A DNA stretch of 64,000 nt, from NCBI RefSeq assembly GCF_009914755.1, contig NC_060935.1. One strand, 5' to 3'. The DNA comes from the human T2T-CHM13v2.0 reference genome, Homo sapiens. The translations under genes were made by a program, and so were the position numbers. The notes under the pieces were generated by a model. The model did not search any database. It saw nothing but the letters and a program-made list of their open reading frames with translations, and was not told where the DNA came from. Of this stretch, positions 21,730 to 36,970 are shown in pieces (position 1 is the stretch's first letter; each line of letters starts with the position of its first letter).

Positions 21730-22997
21730 TAGAGACATTTTGCTATGTTGCCCAGGCTGGTCTCGAACTCCTCAGCCAGTCTGGCTCAGCCAGTCCTTCC
21801 ACCTTAGCCATCCACAGTGCTGGGATTATAAGCATGAGCCACCACCACACCTGGCCAACAATTTGTTTTAATTTAAACTGATGACATTAGAACCCCCAAT
21901 TCCTTTATAATGTGTCTCATTGTGTGAATTTGGGTATCTTGTGGGCCAAATAATGACCTCTGAAATTAACATGTTTACATTAAAAGATAGAAATTTTGTT
22001 AATGTTAGAAAGTAACTCAAACGTATGAAGTAGTTATATTGTTCTTGACATTTGGAACTTGACAATATTTTTATTTTTAAGGATTTTTTTTTCTCATGAG
22101 AAAATAATTTAAGCAAATAGGTATTAAATTATTCTACTGTGGAAGAAAAATATGGTATAAATAGAACAAATAATTATTTCCTCTCTTGTAAGTATTTCAG
22201 ATCTTTAAGAATACGTTCTAACCTTAAGTCACTATTTTTTTTCTTTTCTTTTTTCTTTTTTTTTTTTTGAGATGGAGTCTTACTCTGTCACCCAGGCTGG
22301 AGTGCATTGGTGTGATCTCAGCTCAGTGCAACCTCCACCCAAGAATCGCTCAAGCAGTTCTCTCGCCTCAGCCTCCTGAGTAGCTGGGATTACAGGCGTG
22401 CACCACCACGCCCAGCTAATTTTTGCATTTTTAGTAGAAACGGGGTTTCACCATGTTGACCAGGCTGGACTCAAACTCCTAAACTCAAGTGATTCGCCTG
22501 CCTTGGCCTCCCAAAGTGCTGGCATTACAGGCATGAGTCACGTCGCCAGGCCAAGTCACTTTTTTCATATAGAAAAGGGATAGTTGATACTCTAAACGGT
22601 GTAACGGTGTAACCCATGGCTTACATACCTAATGTATAACGTTGAAAAGATAACTGTCATAGCTTTAAAAATTATTTTAATCCCTGGTTAACAACACTTA
22701 CATGTACACTCAAGTAGAAGGGAGGTAAATAAAAATGATTTAAATTAAAAATGAATGTTTTAATAGGCTTCAGTTTCACAGTGTGTATTAGAATTTGCAA
22801 GACAGCATACACTTATTCTTCCTTTTTGCCTACAAAAAAAATTTTTTGACCAATGTAGATTGAGAATAGTCTTATTGTAGAAAGGTAATTAAGAATGCCC
22901 TATCCGACTGTGCGCGGTGGCTCACACCTGTAATCCTAGCACTTTAGGAGGCTGAGGCAGGCGGATCACCTGACGTCAGGAGTTCGAGACCAGCCTA

Positions 22998-23189
<192 letters not shown>

Positions 23190-26100
23190 TCAAAAACAAA
23201 ACAAAAGAATGCCCTATCCTCGAATGGGTTTCATTTAACCTATATTAGTAGCATTTTCTCCTGCAACAAACAAATAAACAAAACACATGATGGAAAAGTA
23301 GCCCAGTGGGGCCCTACGTCATTGGCAGTCTAGAGGTTAGCCTGTTCAGTTGTTTGAAGGAACACCTTGGCAGATGATTAGTTGTTTTCTAGGGTAGCCA
23401 AGACTGGTAGCTTCCAGTCTGCCTTAGTAAAAATAAGGGAAGAGGAAGCTGTTGATACATAGTTGGTTAACTGTATTAAAACCCTGAATGGAGATGAGGG
23501 CTCTGGGAACAGTCCACTTCCACACAGGCCTTTGAAAGTGACTGCTGCCACCTGCATGCACTTTGAGTCCGTCACTGACACTAACCCAACTAATTTCTTT
23601 GGCTTCATATACCTTAGCTATCTAGCCTTAGGGAAATTGTGTCTATTTTTATATACCCCAATCATATTAAGCAATATGTAGTAATAATAGGACTTAAAAA
23701 AAAAATAGAGACAAGGTCTCACTAGATTGCCCAGGCTGAACTCCTGAGCACAAGCGGTCCTCCTACCTTGGCTTCCCAAAGTGCTGGGATTACAGGCATG
23801 AGCCACCATACCTGGCCTAAATAGGACATGTTAAGATTTAAGTGACTTTTTTTTTATCCTGAAATACATATTTATCATTATTGGGTTTCAGGTAGATGCA
23901 TGTATAAAAAATGTCATTGATTCAGACTGAGTTAAAGGCAGTTAAAGTTTTTAAAAGTAAATTTTGTGATATTTACTAAGTTGTACTGCTTTGAGAATAC
24001 AGCTACATAAGCTAGGAAGTTAAACTTCTGATATGAATAGATTTCTAGTTAGAATGTCAGTGGAATAATCAGTTCCTTCTTCAATAAGTTGTACCCCTGA
24101 GTAGTCCTTGTCCTTGCAGTCTTTTGCTTATGGTTTCCTTTTTCCATCAAGCAACAATTATATTTCAGCCTAATCCCTGAGAGTTTCAAAATAGTGGATT
24201 ACATTTTAATGATGTTTTCCTGTACTTCATAAAACATACAAAGATATTGACAGAAGTATAGATGTAGTATGTGGCTAATTTTTATTGAACTTTTACTATG
24301 CCCAGTAAACTTCACATGAATCATCTCATTTAATCTTCATAAGCAGTTCTATGAAGGGAAGGGACTAGCTCTTTTACCAATTGAAATGACTTGAAAATGG
24401 TGAAATCACTTGCTCAAGGTAACACAGCAAGTAAGTGATAGAGGGAGGATGCCAAAGCCGTGGTCATAACTGCTGTACCTATAATAAAGATGATCAAATA
24501 AACTAGCTGTATTTTAGGGTTTAGACTTCTTTTTAGAGATGGCATTTTGAAGTTAATATTAAAATCATGACAGCAGAAGAGGCAGATACCATTGTTTTGA
24601 CCATATTATCACTATTAGTGATATAATTTAGTATCATCTGGGGTATATGCTCCCTCCAACAAAATCAAAATCAAACTGAAATTTTGTTTTACTTTTCAAA
24701 ACCCTTGAGAGTGGAAGCTAGAAAATACTGTTTCTTTAGAAAACATTGGAAGAAAAGTAGGTGAAAATGAGATTGGAAAGAGGATCCATCCACCATGCCG
24801 CATTGGAAGCATTGCATTAATGAATGCTTGCATTCAATTTGACTAATGCAGTAGGCATCTGGAATAGGAAGTTACAACCCTGAACTTTGGGGGCAAGCAT
24901 TGAGGAAAAAATAAATTTGCCAGTTACAGCCTTTTTTTTAAAAAAAAAAAAGAAAAACATTTTTCTTTGTACAAAAGAGACGTTTTGTTTAGGATCTAGC
25001 TTGGCTGCAGAATGTCTGCTGGCTAACTTCCTATTTTGATGCTGTGGCTGCAAGTTGTTGATACTGTTTTGCACGAATTTGTCTTGTTTTGTGAACATGA
25101 GAAAATTCAAGTGTAGGAAAACCTATACCTGAATATTTCAAACCTCCCTCAAATGAATATGCATAGTATGGATATGAAAAAGTAAGTTAGTGGCTACTAC
25201 AGGCTGGCACCCATTCTTCACTGATGTATATAGTTATTCCATGTTATAGATATCCTTTTAGTAAAAAGTAATGAATTTCTTAGGTGAGCAGGTAATTAAT
25301 CACATGGTAACTATAACCTAGTTTTAAACTATTTACTCTTTTTAGGAAGAACTCTTTGATATAGGATATAACATTCCTTATTCCTTAATTATAGATCACA
25401 TTTTGTTTTTAGTAATTAAGTTATACGTACTTGAATAGATGAGTACTAAATCTTTATCTAAGAGACACTTTGGGGAAAAAGAAGCAGAATAAACAGTATA
25501 TGAAGGGTTTTCAATTCAAATGTATTTACTCATAAGTATTTTTTGTTGGTTGTTTCTTTGTTTTTTAAGAGATGTGGTCTCACTGTGTTTCCCAGGATGA
25601 TCTCAAACTCCTGGACTCAAGCAATCTTCCCGCCTCAGCCTCCTGAGTAGCTGGGACTACAGGCGGGCACCACTGTGCCCAGTCTTAGACATTGTAGTTT
25701 TTTTGTTTTTTTTTTTATCATGTTACTTTAAACTCCCCATCTTGCTCTGAAAGATAAAATACTCTAGGCATAAAAGAGAGAAATTTCTTCCTCAATTCCC
25801 ATACCAGATTTTCTAGTCAGATGTGTTTTTTTCCTTATTCCAATAAAAATGCAGAATTACTGTACTTTAGAATTAGTATATGGAAGTGTTTAAAGTAGGC
25901 ACGGGAAGACCGCTCCTGCTGTATGCCTTGGTACTCTTAAGTTGTGCAAGCCCATCTATGTGAGGAGAAGCCGTGACAGTGGCTCCTCCTGTGGGATTTT
26001 TATGGGACTAGAGCTCTGAAGTATGGCCCTTATCTTTCTGCTCTCCAACACATACCAAATGTATTAAGGCTGTGGTTCTGAAACCAGTTTCGTTGCCTGG

Positions 26101-26527
26101 GAAACTTGTAATACAGATTCCTGAGCTCTGTCCTCCTTAGGAAGTTCTGAGGCAGTAAATCAGAGATAAAGCCCATGAAGAACTAGTAGTTGCTCTTAAG
26201 TTTGAGAGGGATTGTGAAAAATTGTGCCAAAGGCTGTCTTTGTGCTCGGTTATTAAATTGTTCAGCTGGTTGTACATTGAACTAAAATATGCTTTGACCC
26301 TGCTGGTGGTAAAGATCATTTGTGAAACATTTTGTTGAGGAAAATTTACTGGCTGGGTGTGGTGGCTCACATCTGTAATCCCAGCACTTGTGGGAGGCCG
26401 AGGCGGGTGGATCACTTGAGGTCGGGAATTTGAGACAAGCCTGGCTGACATGGCAAAACCCCATCTCCGCTAAAAATACAAAAATTAGCTGGGTATGGTG
26501 GTGCACGCTTCTAGTCCCAGCTACTCA

Positions 26528-26635
<108 letters not shown>

Positions 26636-26812
26636 TCAAAAAAAAAGGAAAAGTTATTTATCTTTCAGTGTTGGCTTAGAATTTCTTATATGTTAAGTTC
26701 TCTTGTGGGGTTTTTGGTTTTGTTTTTTGGGTTTTTTATTTTTTTTTTGTTATTTTTTTTTGAGACAGGGTCTCACTCTGTTGCCCAGGCTGGAGTGCAG
26801 TGGGTCAATTAG

Positions 26813-27046
<234 letters not shown>

Positions 27047-27827
27047 TAGCTGGAATTACAGGCATGCACCACTACTCCCAGCTAGTTTTGTATTTTTAGT
27101 AGAGACAGGGTTTCTCCATGTTGGTCAGGCTGGTCTCGAGATCCCAACCTCAGGTGATCCACCTGCCTCAGCATCCCAAAGTGCTGGGATTACAGGCGTG
27201 AGCCACCGCGCTGGGCCCTACAATTTTTTATAGAGAAGGGATCTGTCTCATTATTTTGCCCAGGCTCGTCTAACTCCTGGGCTCAAGCAGTCCTCCCACC
27301 TGGGCCTCCCAGAGTGTTGACATTACAGGCATGAGCCACTATGCCAGGCTGGGCTCTCAAGCATCTTTATCTGCATAGAACCTAGCACAATTCTTAGGAT
27401 GCCATAGGCATTTGGTTTGTACCAACGTATTCAGACGTTGCATCACCTAAGATTTTGAAGTAGATAAAAGCTCTTTGAATTATCTTCCTTAATATGTGAA
27501 TGGTAGGAGGGAAAGTGTCTAAAGCTCTACATGAGGATTTTCTGTATTATATACCAGATGAAGGTGGTTACAGTTTGCCAATATGCCTTTTCTCTCCCTA
27601 GTAAAAAGGCATGTGGTCTGGAGTCTCTATGTCAAGAGAGTTTTTTGAGAATGTGGTGTTTGGGGACATTTATTGGGGATTTACTAAGTGGCAGCTACTA
27701 CTGTGAACATGTATTAACTCATTTAATCCTCACAGCAGTTCTAAAGTTAGGTGCTTTAATTTTCCCATTTTGATGAGATTGGATTAAGCAGTTTACTCAA
27801 GGCCACACGATTAGTAATTGTGATTAA

Positions 27828-28513
<686 letters not shown>

Positions 28514-28611
28514 TTAATTTCTTAGTCTTTGTTTCAGATAATATATCTCAGTGGAGTATTTAGAGTTTAAGAAGATGAGTAATCATGGAGCTGAGTACTT
28601 GATAAGTTTGA

Positions 28612-28818
<207 letters not shown>

Positions 28819-31800
28819 TGACTGGCTAATTGTTTAATTTTTTTGTAGAGATGGGGTCGCACTGTGTTGCCCAGGCTGGTCTCGAACTCCTGGGCTCAAG
28901 CTGTCTCCCTGCCTTGGCTTCTCAAAGTGCTAGGATTACAGGCATGAGCCACCACACTCAGCTGATTCCCTTTTTAGTAAATCTACTAGATCTATGACTT
29001 TATTTGTTAATAATTAGAGTAGCACCATGTTTTTAAGTGATTAGAACTCTTGAAAATGAATATCCACACTAAATTCCATTATAGCAAAGAACTAATTTAG
29101 AAAATGTTCATAATGAGAGTTTTGATGGCGATTTGTTTTGAGTAGTGTTGAAAGGCTCTTAGAGTGCATGTGAAGGGATGAATCTTTTGAGAAAAGAAAG
29201 ATAGTAGACATTTTCTGAGACATAAAATAATCCAGATTTATTCCACCAGACAGCTTTACAGTGTATAGTATTTTAAGAGCTAACTGCCTTCAGATTCACT
29301 GGACTTTTCTGTCCTTTTGCCAGGTACTGACTTGGGCAACAGCAGTGACTACAAGTGCCATACTGACCAATTGGAAGAGTCTTTGCTTATCGGAGCTGTT
29401 CTAAAAGGCTTATTAGTTTTTGGTCTTCATTCTATTTAATGTTTTCATGCCTTTATAAACTTTTTACTTCCAGCCCAATTTTTCCCATTGTCTTGGTACA
29501 GGTCAGCTGTGTCCAAGTTTGTTAGGGTTTCAGCTAGCCAAAAATGGTATTTTCATTTGCTGAAATTCTAAACAAAATAATTAAAGTTAAAGCACAGATG
29601 ATGATGCTACCTTATTTTTCTACATGTGGGAAAGCTTGATTGATAGTAATGATTAGCGCCTGCATCTCACAATCACTGAGAAATGAATGCAGCACTGAGC
29701 TCTGTTTGCCCTCTAAGCTTGTCCCCAGAAAAAACAAGATATACCCTAAATAGTAAGTTATAATATTTTTATTAGGGAACATTATTAGAGTTTTTTTTTA
29801 ATATATCTCGTAGCCATGTCATATTAATCTTTTTTCTTTTTTCCTTTTTTTCATTTTTCTCTTTTCTCTTCTCTTCTCTTCTCTTTTCTCTTTCTCACTC
29901 TGTCACCCAAGCTGGAGTGCAGTGGCATGACCATGGCTCACTGCAGCCTTGACCTCCCAGACTCAAGCAATCCTCCCACTCCAGCCTCCCAAGTGACTGG
30001 GACTACAGGCACGTGCCACCATGCACGGCTAATTTTTCTATTTTTTGTAGGGGCAGGATCTCAGCATGTTGCCCAGGCTGATCTTGACCTCTTGGACTCA
30101 AGCAATTTTCCCTCCTGTGCCTCCCAAAGTTCTAAGATACAGGCATGAGCCACCACACCCAGCCTAGAGAATCCTTAATGTTTGAAGTCTGTCAGGCTAT
30201 CATGGTGCTCAGCAGAGGATGTGTTAGTATTCTGAGAATAGGACTTCTAACTTTAGTTTTACCTGAGATTATTCTACACCTAACTTGAAACTTTTGGAGT
30301 ATTAAAGGTTCAAAGAAGTTAAGAGAAAAGCAAAGCTTGATAAACTGACCAGTTTGTGTCCTGCTAAAGCATAGACAGTTTTACCATGCTCTTCCCAGTG
30401 ACATGAATATTCTTTGGTTAGCATTCAATTTGGTTGCTTTCTTTTTTGTTTAATCAGGCACTGTCACCACTGTATTATTGTCATCATTTTGCTTATTGAT
30501 TTTGCTTATTGTCTGCCTTCCCCTCTGTGTTGTAAGCTCCATAAAGGCAAGAAATTTTTTCTGTTTTATTCACTGCTTTAAGCCCAGTTTCTAAAACAGT
30601 GTCTGACACGTGGTAGGCACTCAATAAATACCTGTTGAATTATTACTAATTCATTTTGTAGACTTTCATCTGTAAGATGACAGATCTGAATCATCTGAAA
30701 TCTCCATCTCCATAAAACATATAAGCTGGCTGGGTGCAGTGGCTCATGCCTGTAATCCTAGTACTTTGTGAGGCTGAGGCGAGCAGATTGCTTGAGCTCA
30801 GGAGTTCGAGACCAGCCTGCGCAACGTGGTGAAACCAGCTCTCTACTAAAAATACAAAAAATTAGCCAGGTGCGGTGGTGCACGCCTGTAATCCCAGCTA
30901 CTTCGGAGGCTGAGTCAGGAAAATCGCTTCAATCTGGGGGGCGGAGGTTGCAGTGAGCCGAGATTGCACCACTGCACTCCAGCCTGGGCAACAGAACTAG
31001 ACTCTGTCTAAAAAAAACACACAAAAAACACACAAAAAAACATATAAGCTGAACCTCCCCTGTGGGGTGGAGTCAGTTTGACTCACCTCAGAGTTGTTTG
31101 AAGAGAGAGGTTCCCAAACAGTTTTACCATAACCTTAGTTCACTGAATGTTTTGTGGTAGAAACACTGACTAGTAAGTTCAGTAACAATGCATGGCTCAG
31201 ATTGTGGAATATTTCTGATTTAAATGTAATCTGTAGTACTTCACACTTCAGATTTTTGAACCTTTTAACCTACAATACTGGGCTTCATTTCTGTTATGCC
31301 CTAATCTAGTCATGCTGAATATCCATACTGTATAATGGTAGATGCAAACCATGTTTACTAAATTAGAACTACATATGAATTACAGTTTACTTCAAGTGTT
31401 TTGTTTTGGTAATATAGCTTTGCCACCAAGCTTTTACAGTTTTCCTTGAATGTACAGAGACTTTTTATTCTAATAACCAGATTACAGTTATACTATTTCT
31501 AAAGCTCAGCTCTTATTACATCAAGTTTCAGTGATGTGTTGAAGTAGGGGAACTTTATATGGCATTTCAAAACATTTTCATAATACTGGAATTTTATTTA
31601 TTGTAAAATATTTTTGTCTTTAATAAAATAATTTTGAATGAAGTCATAATTTTGCTTTTATCTGGTATTTGGATGTTTACATGAAAAAGGGAACATAAGC
31701 TGAATAAAGGTAATCCCAAAAGAACTTCTCTGTCACATTTTCCCAGTTACTCATTCATGCTCAAGGCATTGCTGTCCTGAGCCTACTTAGGTCTCAGCTG

Positions 31801-31902
31801 ACCAAGCTGAATCTTTGATTCACTTATTTGGGGCTATTTATTTAAGACCCACTTTGTCCCAGCTCCAAAGATACAACAGTATGCAAGAAAGACAGCGCCC
31901 AG

Positions 31903-32540
<638 letters not shown>

Positions 32541-32729
32541 GAAGTAAGAAAGCACCAGCCCTTGGGATATTTGTTTTGATCCTTTTCCCCAGTAAAAATT
32601 TGTTAGAGTGGGAAGTTAGAAAACAGTGTGGTAGATTGATGGCTACTATGGTATTAACTGATAAGACTTAACGTATTACTTTGAGAAGGATATTTTCTAT
32701 TTTAAAAGTAATTCTGGAGTTAACTCTGT

Positions 32730-33386
<657 letters not shown>

Positions 33387-33917
33387 GATTTTGGAGGGGG
33401 TCCACCTTTTTCAGTACCCTTTAGTTTAGAACATCACAGCTATTTATTTGTACATGGGACAGATTCTCCCTGTGGATAGAATAGAATAATTCTAGTCTCA
33501 TTTTTCAGATTCAGGAAGGGCCCATTGCATCTCCTAAAAATCAAAAAAGTCTGGCCACTAGTTTTTTTCCTTTTCAGATTGTGAGACTAACAGATTTATA
33601 GAGGCAGTCTGTGCTCTGAATTGTTCAGCTTACAGATTGAAGTCTATCAACCCTTTATAGTATCAGGTTATTTGTTTTGTATAAATTATTTTGCTTTTGT
33701 TGATTAGCTCTATCAAAGAATAAAAAACCTCCCAAGATTTCTCAATCTTACCGCCCTTCTTTATGCTTTCTCTGTACAATGGAAAAGTAGACCAAAAGTA
33801 TTTGTCATGAAAATTTTTTATCATTTGCAGTTCGTGGCATGATATGGCTTTTCTGTTTCACTGTTGGCAGTTTTATGCATGTCCTGTAGGATAACTTGAT
33901 CGTTTTGTTACATATTT

Positions 33918-33962
33918 ATGTGTGTATATATACATCCTGTGTGTGTATATATATATTTATGT
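33918..33962 (+). repeat. TG/TA low-complexity repeat (two tgtgtgtatatata units) upstream of exon 3
   Basis: tgtgtgtatatatacatcctgtgtgtgtatatatatatttatg. Confidence 0.85.
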
Positions 33963-34056
33963 AATTTAAAAAATAAAAAGCATGCTGCTTGGCTTGGCTA
34001 GCTAATGTGTAATTGTACCTGGTAAACAATTTTTTTCTTTGAAATTCTGATCATAG

Positions 34057-36387
34057 AGGGATTGAGCTCTCTTTGCTCTGATGAGCCATCTTCAGAAATT
34101 ATGACTTCTTCCTTTCTTTCATCTTCTGAAATACATAACACTGGCCTTACAATACTACATGGAGAAAAAAGCCATGTGTTAGGGAGCCAGCCTATTTTAG
34201 CCAAAGAAGGAAAAGACCACTTGGATCTTCTAGATATGAAAAAGATGGAAAAGCCTCAGGGGACCAGCAACAACGTATCAGACTCTTCAGTTTCTCTTGC
34301 AGCAGGAGTTCATTGTGACCGTCCTTCTATTCCAGCCAGTTTCCCAGAGCATCCTGCTTTTCTCTCAAAGAAAATTGGTCAAGTGGAAGAGCAAATAGAT
34401 AAAGAGACCAAGAACCCAAATGGGGTATCAAGTAGGGAGGCTAAAACTGCATTGGATGCTGATGACAGATTCACTTTGCTGACAGCCCAGAAACCACCTA
34501 CTGAGTACTCTAAGGTAGAAGGCATTTATACATATTCTTTGTCTCCATCCAAAGTTTCAGGAGATGATGTTATTGAAAAGGATTCCCCTGAATCACCATT
34601 TGAAGTAATTATTGACAAAGCAGCATTTGACAAAGAATTTAAAGACTCATATAAGGAGAGCACAGATGATTTTGGTAGCTGGTCTGTGCACACTGATAAA
34701 GAATCATCCGAAGACATTTCAGAGACTAATGACAAGCTTTTTCCACTGAGAAATAAAGAGGCAGGACGTTACCCAATGTCTGCATTGCTCAGTAGGCAGT
34801 TTTCACACACAAATGCAGCACTGGAAGAGGTGTCCAGATGCGTGAATGATATGCATAACTTTACTAACGAAATACTGACTTGGGATCTGGTTCCCCAAGT
34901 GAAACAACAGACCGATAAATCTTCTGACTGCATCACAAAAACTACAGGACTTGACATGAGTGAATATAATTCAGAAATTCCAGTTGTAAATCTTAAAACT
35001 AGCACTCATCAGAAAACTCCTGTATGTTCTATTGATGGGAGCACTCCCATCACTAAATCAACAGGTGATTGGGCAGAAGCATCTCTCCAGCAAGAAAATG
35101 CTATTACTGGAAAACCTGTACCTGACTCTTTGAATTCCACAAAAGAATTCAGTATCAAAGGTGTGCAAGGCAATATGCAGAAACAGGATGACACACTTGC
35201 AGAATTACCTGGATCTCCACCTGAGAAATGTGACTCTTTGGGTTCTGGAGTGGCCACAGTGAAAGTGGCTTTACCTGATGACCACCTGAAAGATGAAATG
35301 GACTGGCAGAGCTCTGCATTGGGAGAAATCACAGAAGCTGATAGTTCTGGTGAGTCTGATGACACAGTAATAGAGGACATCACAGCAGATACATCATTTG
35401 AAAATAACAAAATTCAGGCTGAAAAACCTGTTTCCATTCCAAGTGCTGTTGTAAAAACAGGTGAAAGAGAAATCAAAGAGATTCCCAGTTGTGAGAGAGA
35501 AGAAAAAACATCTAAAAACTTTGAAGAATTGGTCAGTGACTCTGAGCTGCATCAAGATCAGCCTGATATTCTTGGAAGGAGTCCAGCTAGTGAGGCAGCA
35601 TGTTCAAAAGTACCCGATACGAATGTCTCCTTAGAAGATGTGAGTGAAGTTGCTCCTGAAAAGCCTATTACTACTGAGAACCCCAAACTTCCTTCAACAG
35701 TGTCTCCAAATGTTTTTAATGAGACAGAATTCTCATTAAATGTGACAACATCTGCCTATTTGGAGTCATTACATGGGAAAAATGTTAAACATATAGATGA
35801 TTCCTCCCCAGAGGACCTGATAGCAGCCTTTACAGAAACCAGAGATAAAGGAATAGTAGATAGTGAAAGAAATGCTTTTAAAGCAATATCAGAGAAGATG
35901 ACAGACTTTAAAACAACTCCTCCTGTAGAAGTCTTACATGAAAATGAGTCCGGTGGTTCTGAAATTAAAGACATTGGAAGCAAATACAGTGAACAAAGCA
36001 AAGAAACAAATGGAAGTGAGCCTCTAGGTGTTTTCCCTACCCAAGGTACTCCAGTAGCATCTCTTGACTTAGAACAAGAACAGCTCACAATTAAGGCTCT
36101 TAAAGAATTAGGTGAAAGACAGGTTGAGAAGTCAACTTCTGCACAGCGTGACGCAGAATTGCCTTCTGAAGAAGTACTGAAGCAAACTTTCACATTTGCT
36201 CCAGAATCTTGGCCACAGAGATCATATGACATCCTAGAACGTAATGTCAAGAATGGATCTGATCTTGGGATTTCCCAGAAGCCCATCACTATCAGAGAAA
36301 CTACTAGGGTAGATGCTGTTTCCAGCCTTAGCAAGACTGAATTGGTAAAAAAGCATGTCCTAGCAAGACTTCTGACAGACTTCTCAG
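34057..36387 (+). CDS. RTN3: RTN3 exon 3 (2331 nt = 777 codons, phase 1-1), long N-terminal region of RTN3L
   Basis: 780-codon ORF 34062-36404. Acceptor tcatag|AGGGATTG, donor TTCTCAG|gtaacc. Protein (SSLCSDEPSSEIM...VLARLLTDFS) recognised as human reticulon-3 long isoform. The terminal GNHLY* of the ORF is intronic read-through. Confidence 0.97.
34470..36236 (+). other. RTN3: Six LC3-interacting (LIR) core motifs in exon 3: FTLL 34470, YSKV 34506, FEVI 34599, WDLV 34881, FEEL 35520, YDIL 36225
   Basis: W/F/Y-x-x-L/I/V cores read from the ORF. With exon 1 = 47 aa and exon 2 = 19 aa they fall at F205, Y217, F248, W342, F555 and Y790, matching the six LIRs I recall for the ER-phagy receptor RTN3L. 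Confidence 0.85.
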
Positions 36388-36409
36388 GTAACCATTTATA
36401 TTAGAATAC

Positions 36410-36415
36410 TGCATG
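36410..36415 (+). promoter_or_regulatory. RBFOX element TGCATG 23 nt into the intron after exon 3
   Basis: Exact hexamer in the canonical inclusion-promoting position; a second copy lies at 33876-33881. Function inferred. Confidence 0.5.
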
Positions 36416-36647
36416 TGGTTAATTCTGTGATTGATTACTTATCAGCGTGCCATTTATGTTAGTCTGATTTATACCTACAAAATTATGGCTAAAATACAAA
36501 AACAATATGCTGTATGATGGGAAAGGCAGATTCTTCTCCTGTCTTTTTTTAAATGATTGCTTGATTTGGTTTCCTTAATATCAATATTTCCCAAAGCAGT
36601 AGACCACTTTGTAACATTAATCTTCCCCTAAATATTTTTTCTATGCT

Positions 36648-36970
<323 letters not shown>

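Noticed and set aside
29591-29705. Possible C/D box snoRNA (ATGATGA 29598, CTGA 29695, short terminal complementarity)
   Set aside because: Terminal stem geometry is poor and I recognise no rRNA or snRNA guide; such boxes occur by chance. snoscan or small-RNA-seq would settle it.
34526-36334. Minus-strand ORFs of 69-192 aa overlapping exon 3
   Set aside because: Antisense shadows of a long coding exon; no independent homology or gene signals.
34062-36404. The 780-aa ORF as a stand-alone single-exon gene
   Set aside because: It starts at TTG just inside a splice acceptor and ends 17 nt past a donor; it is an internal RTN3 exon.
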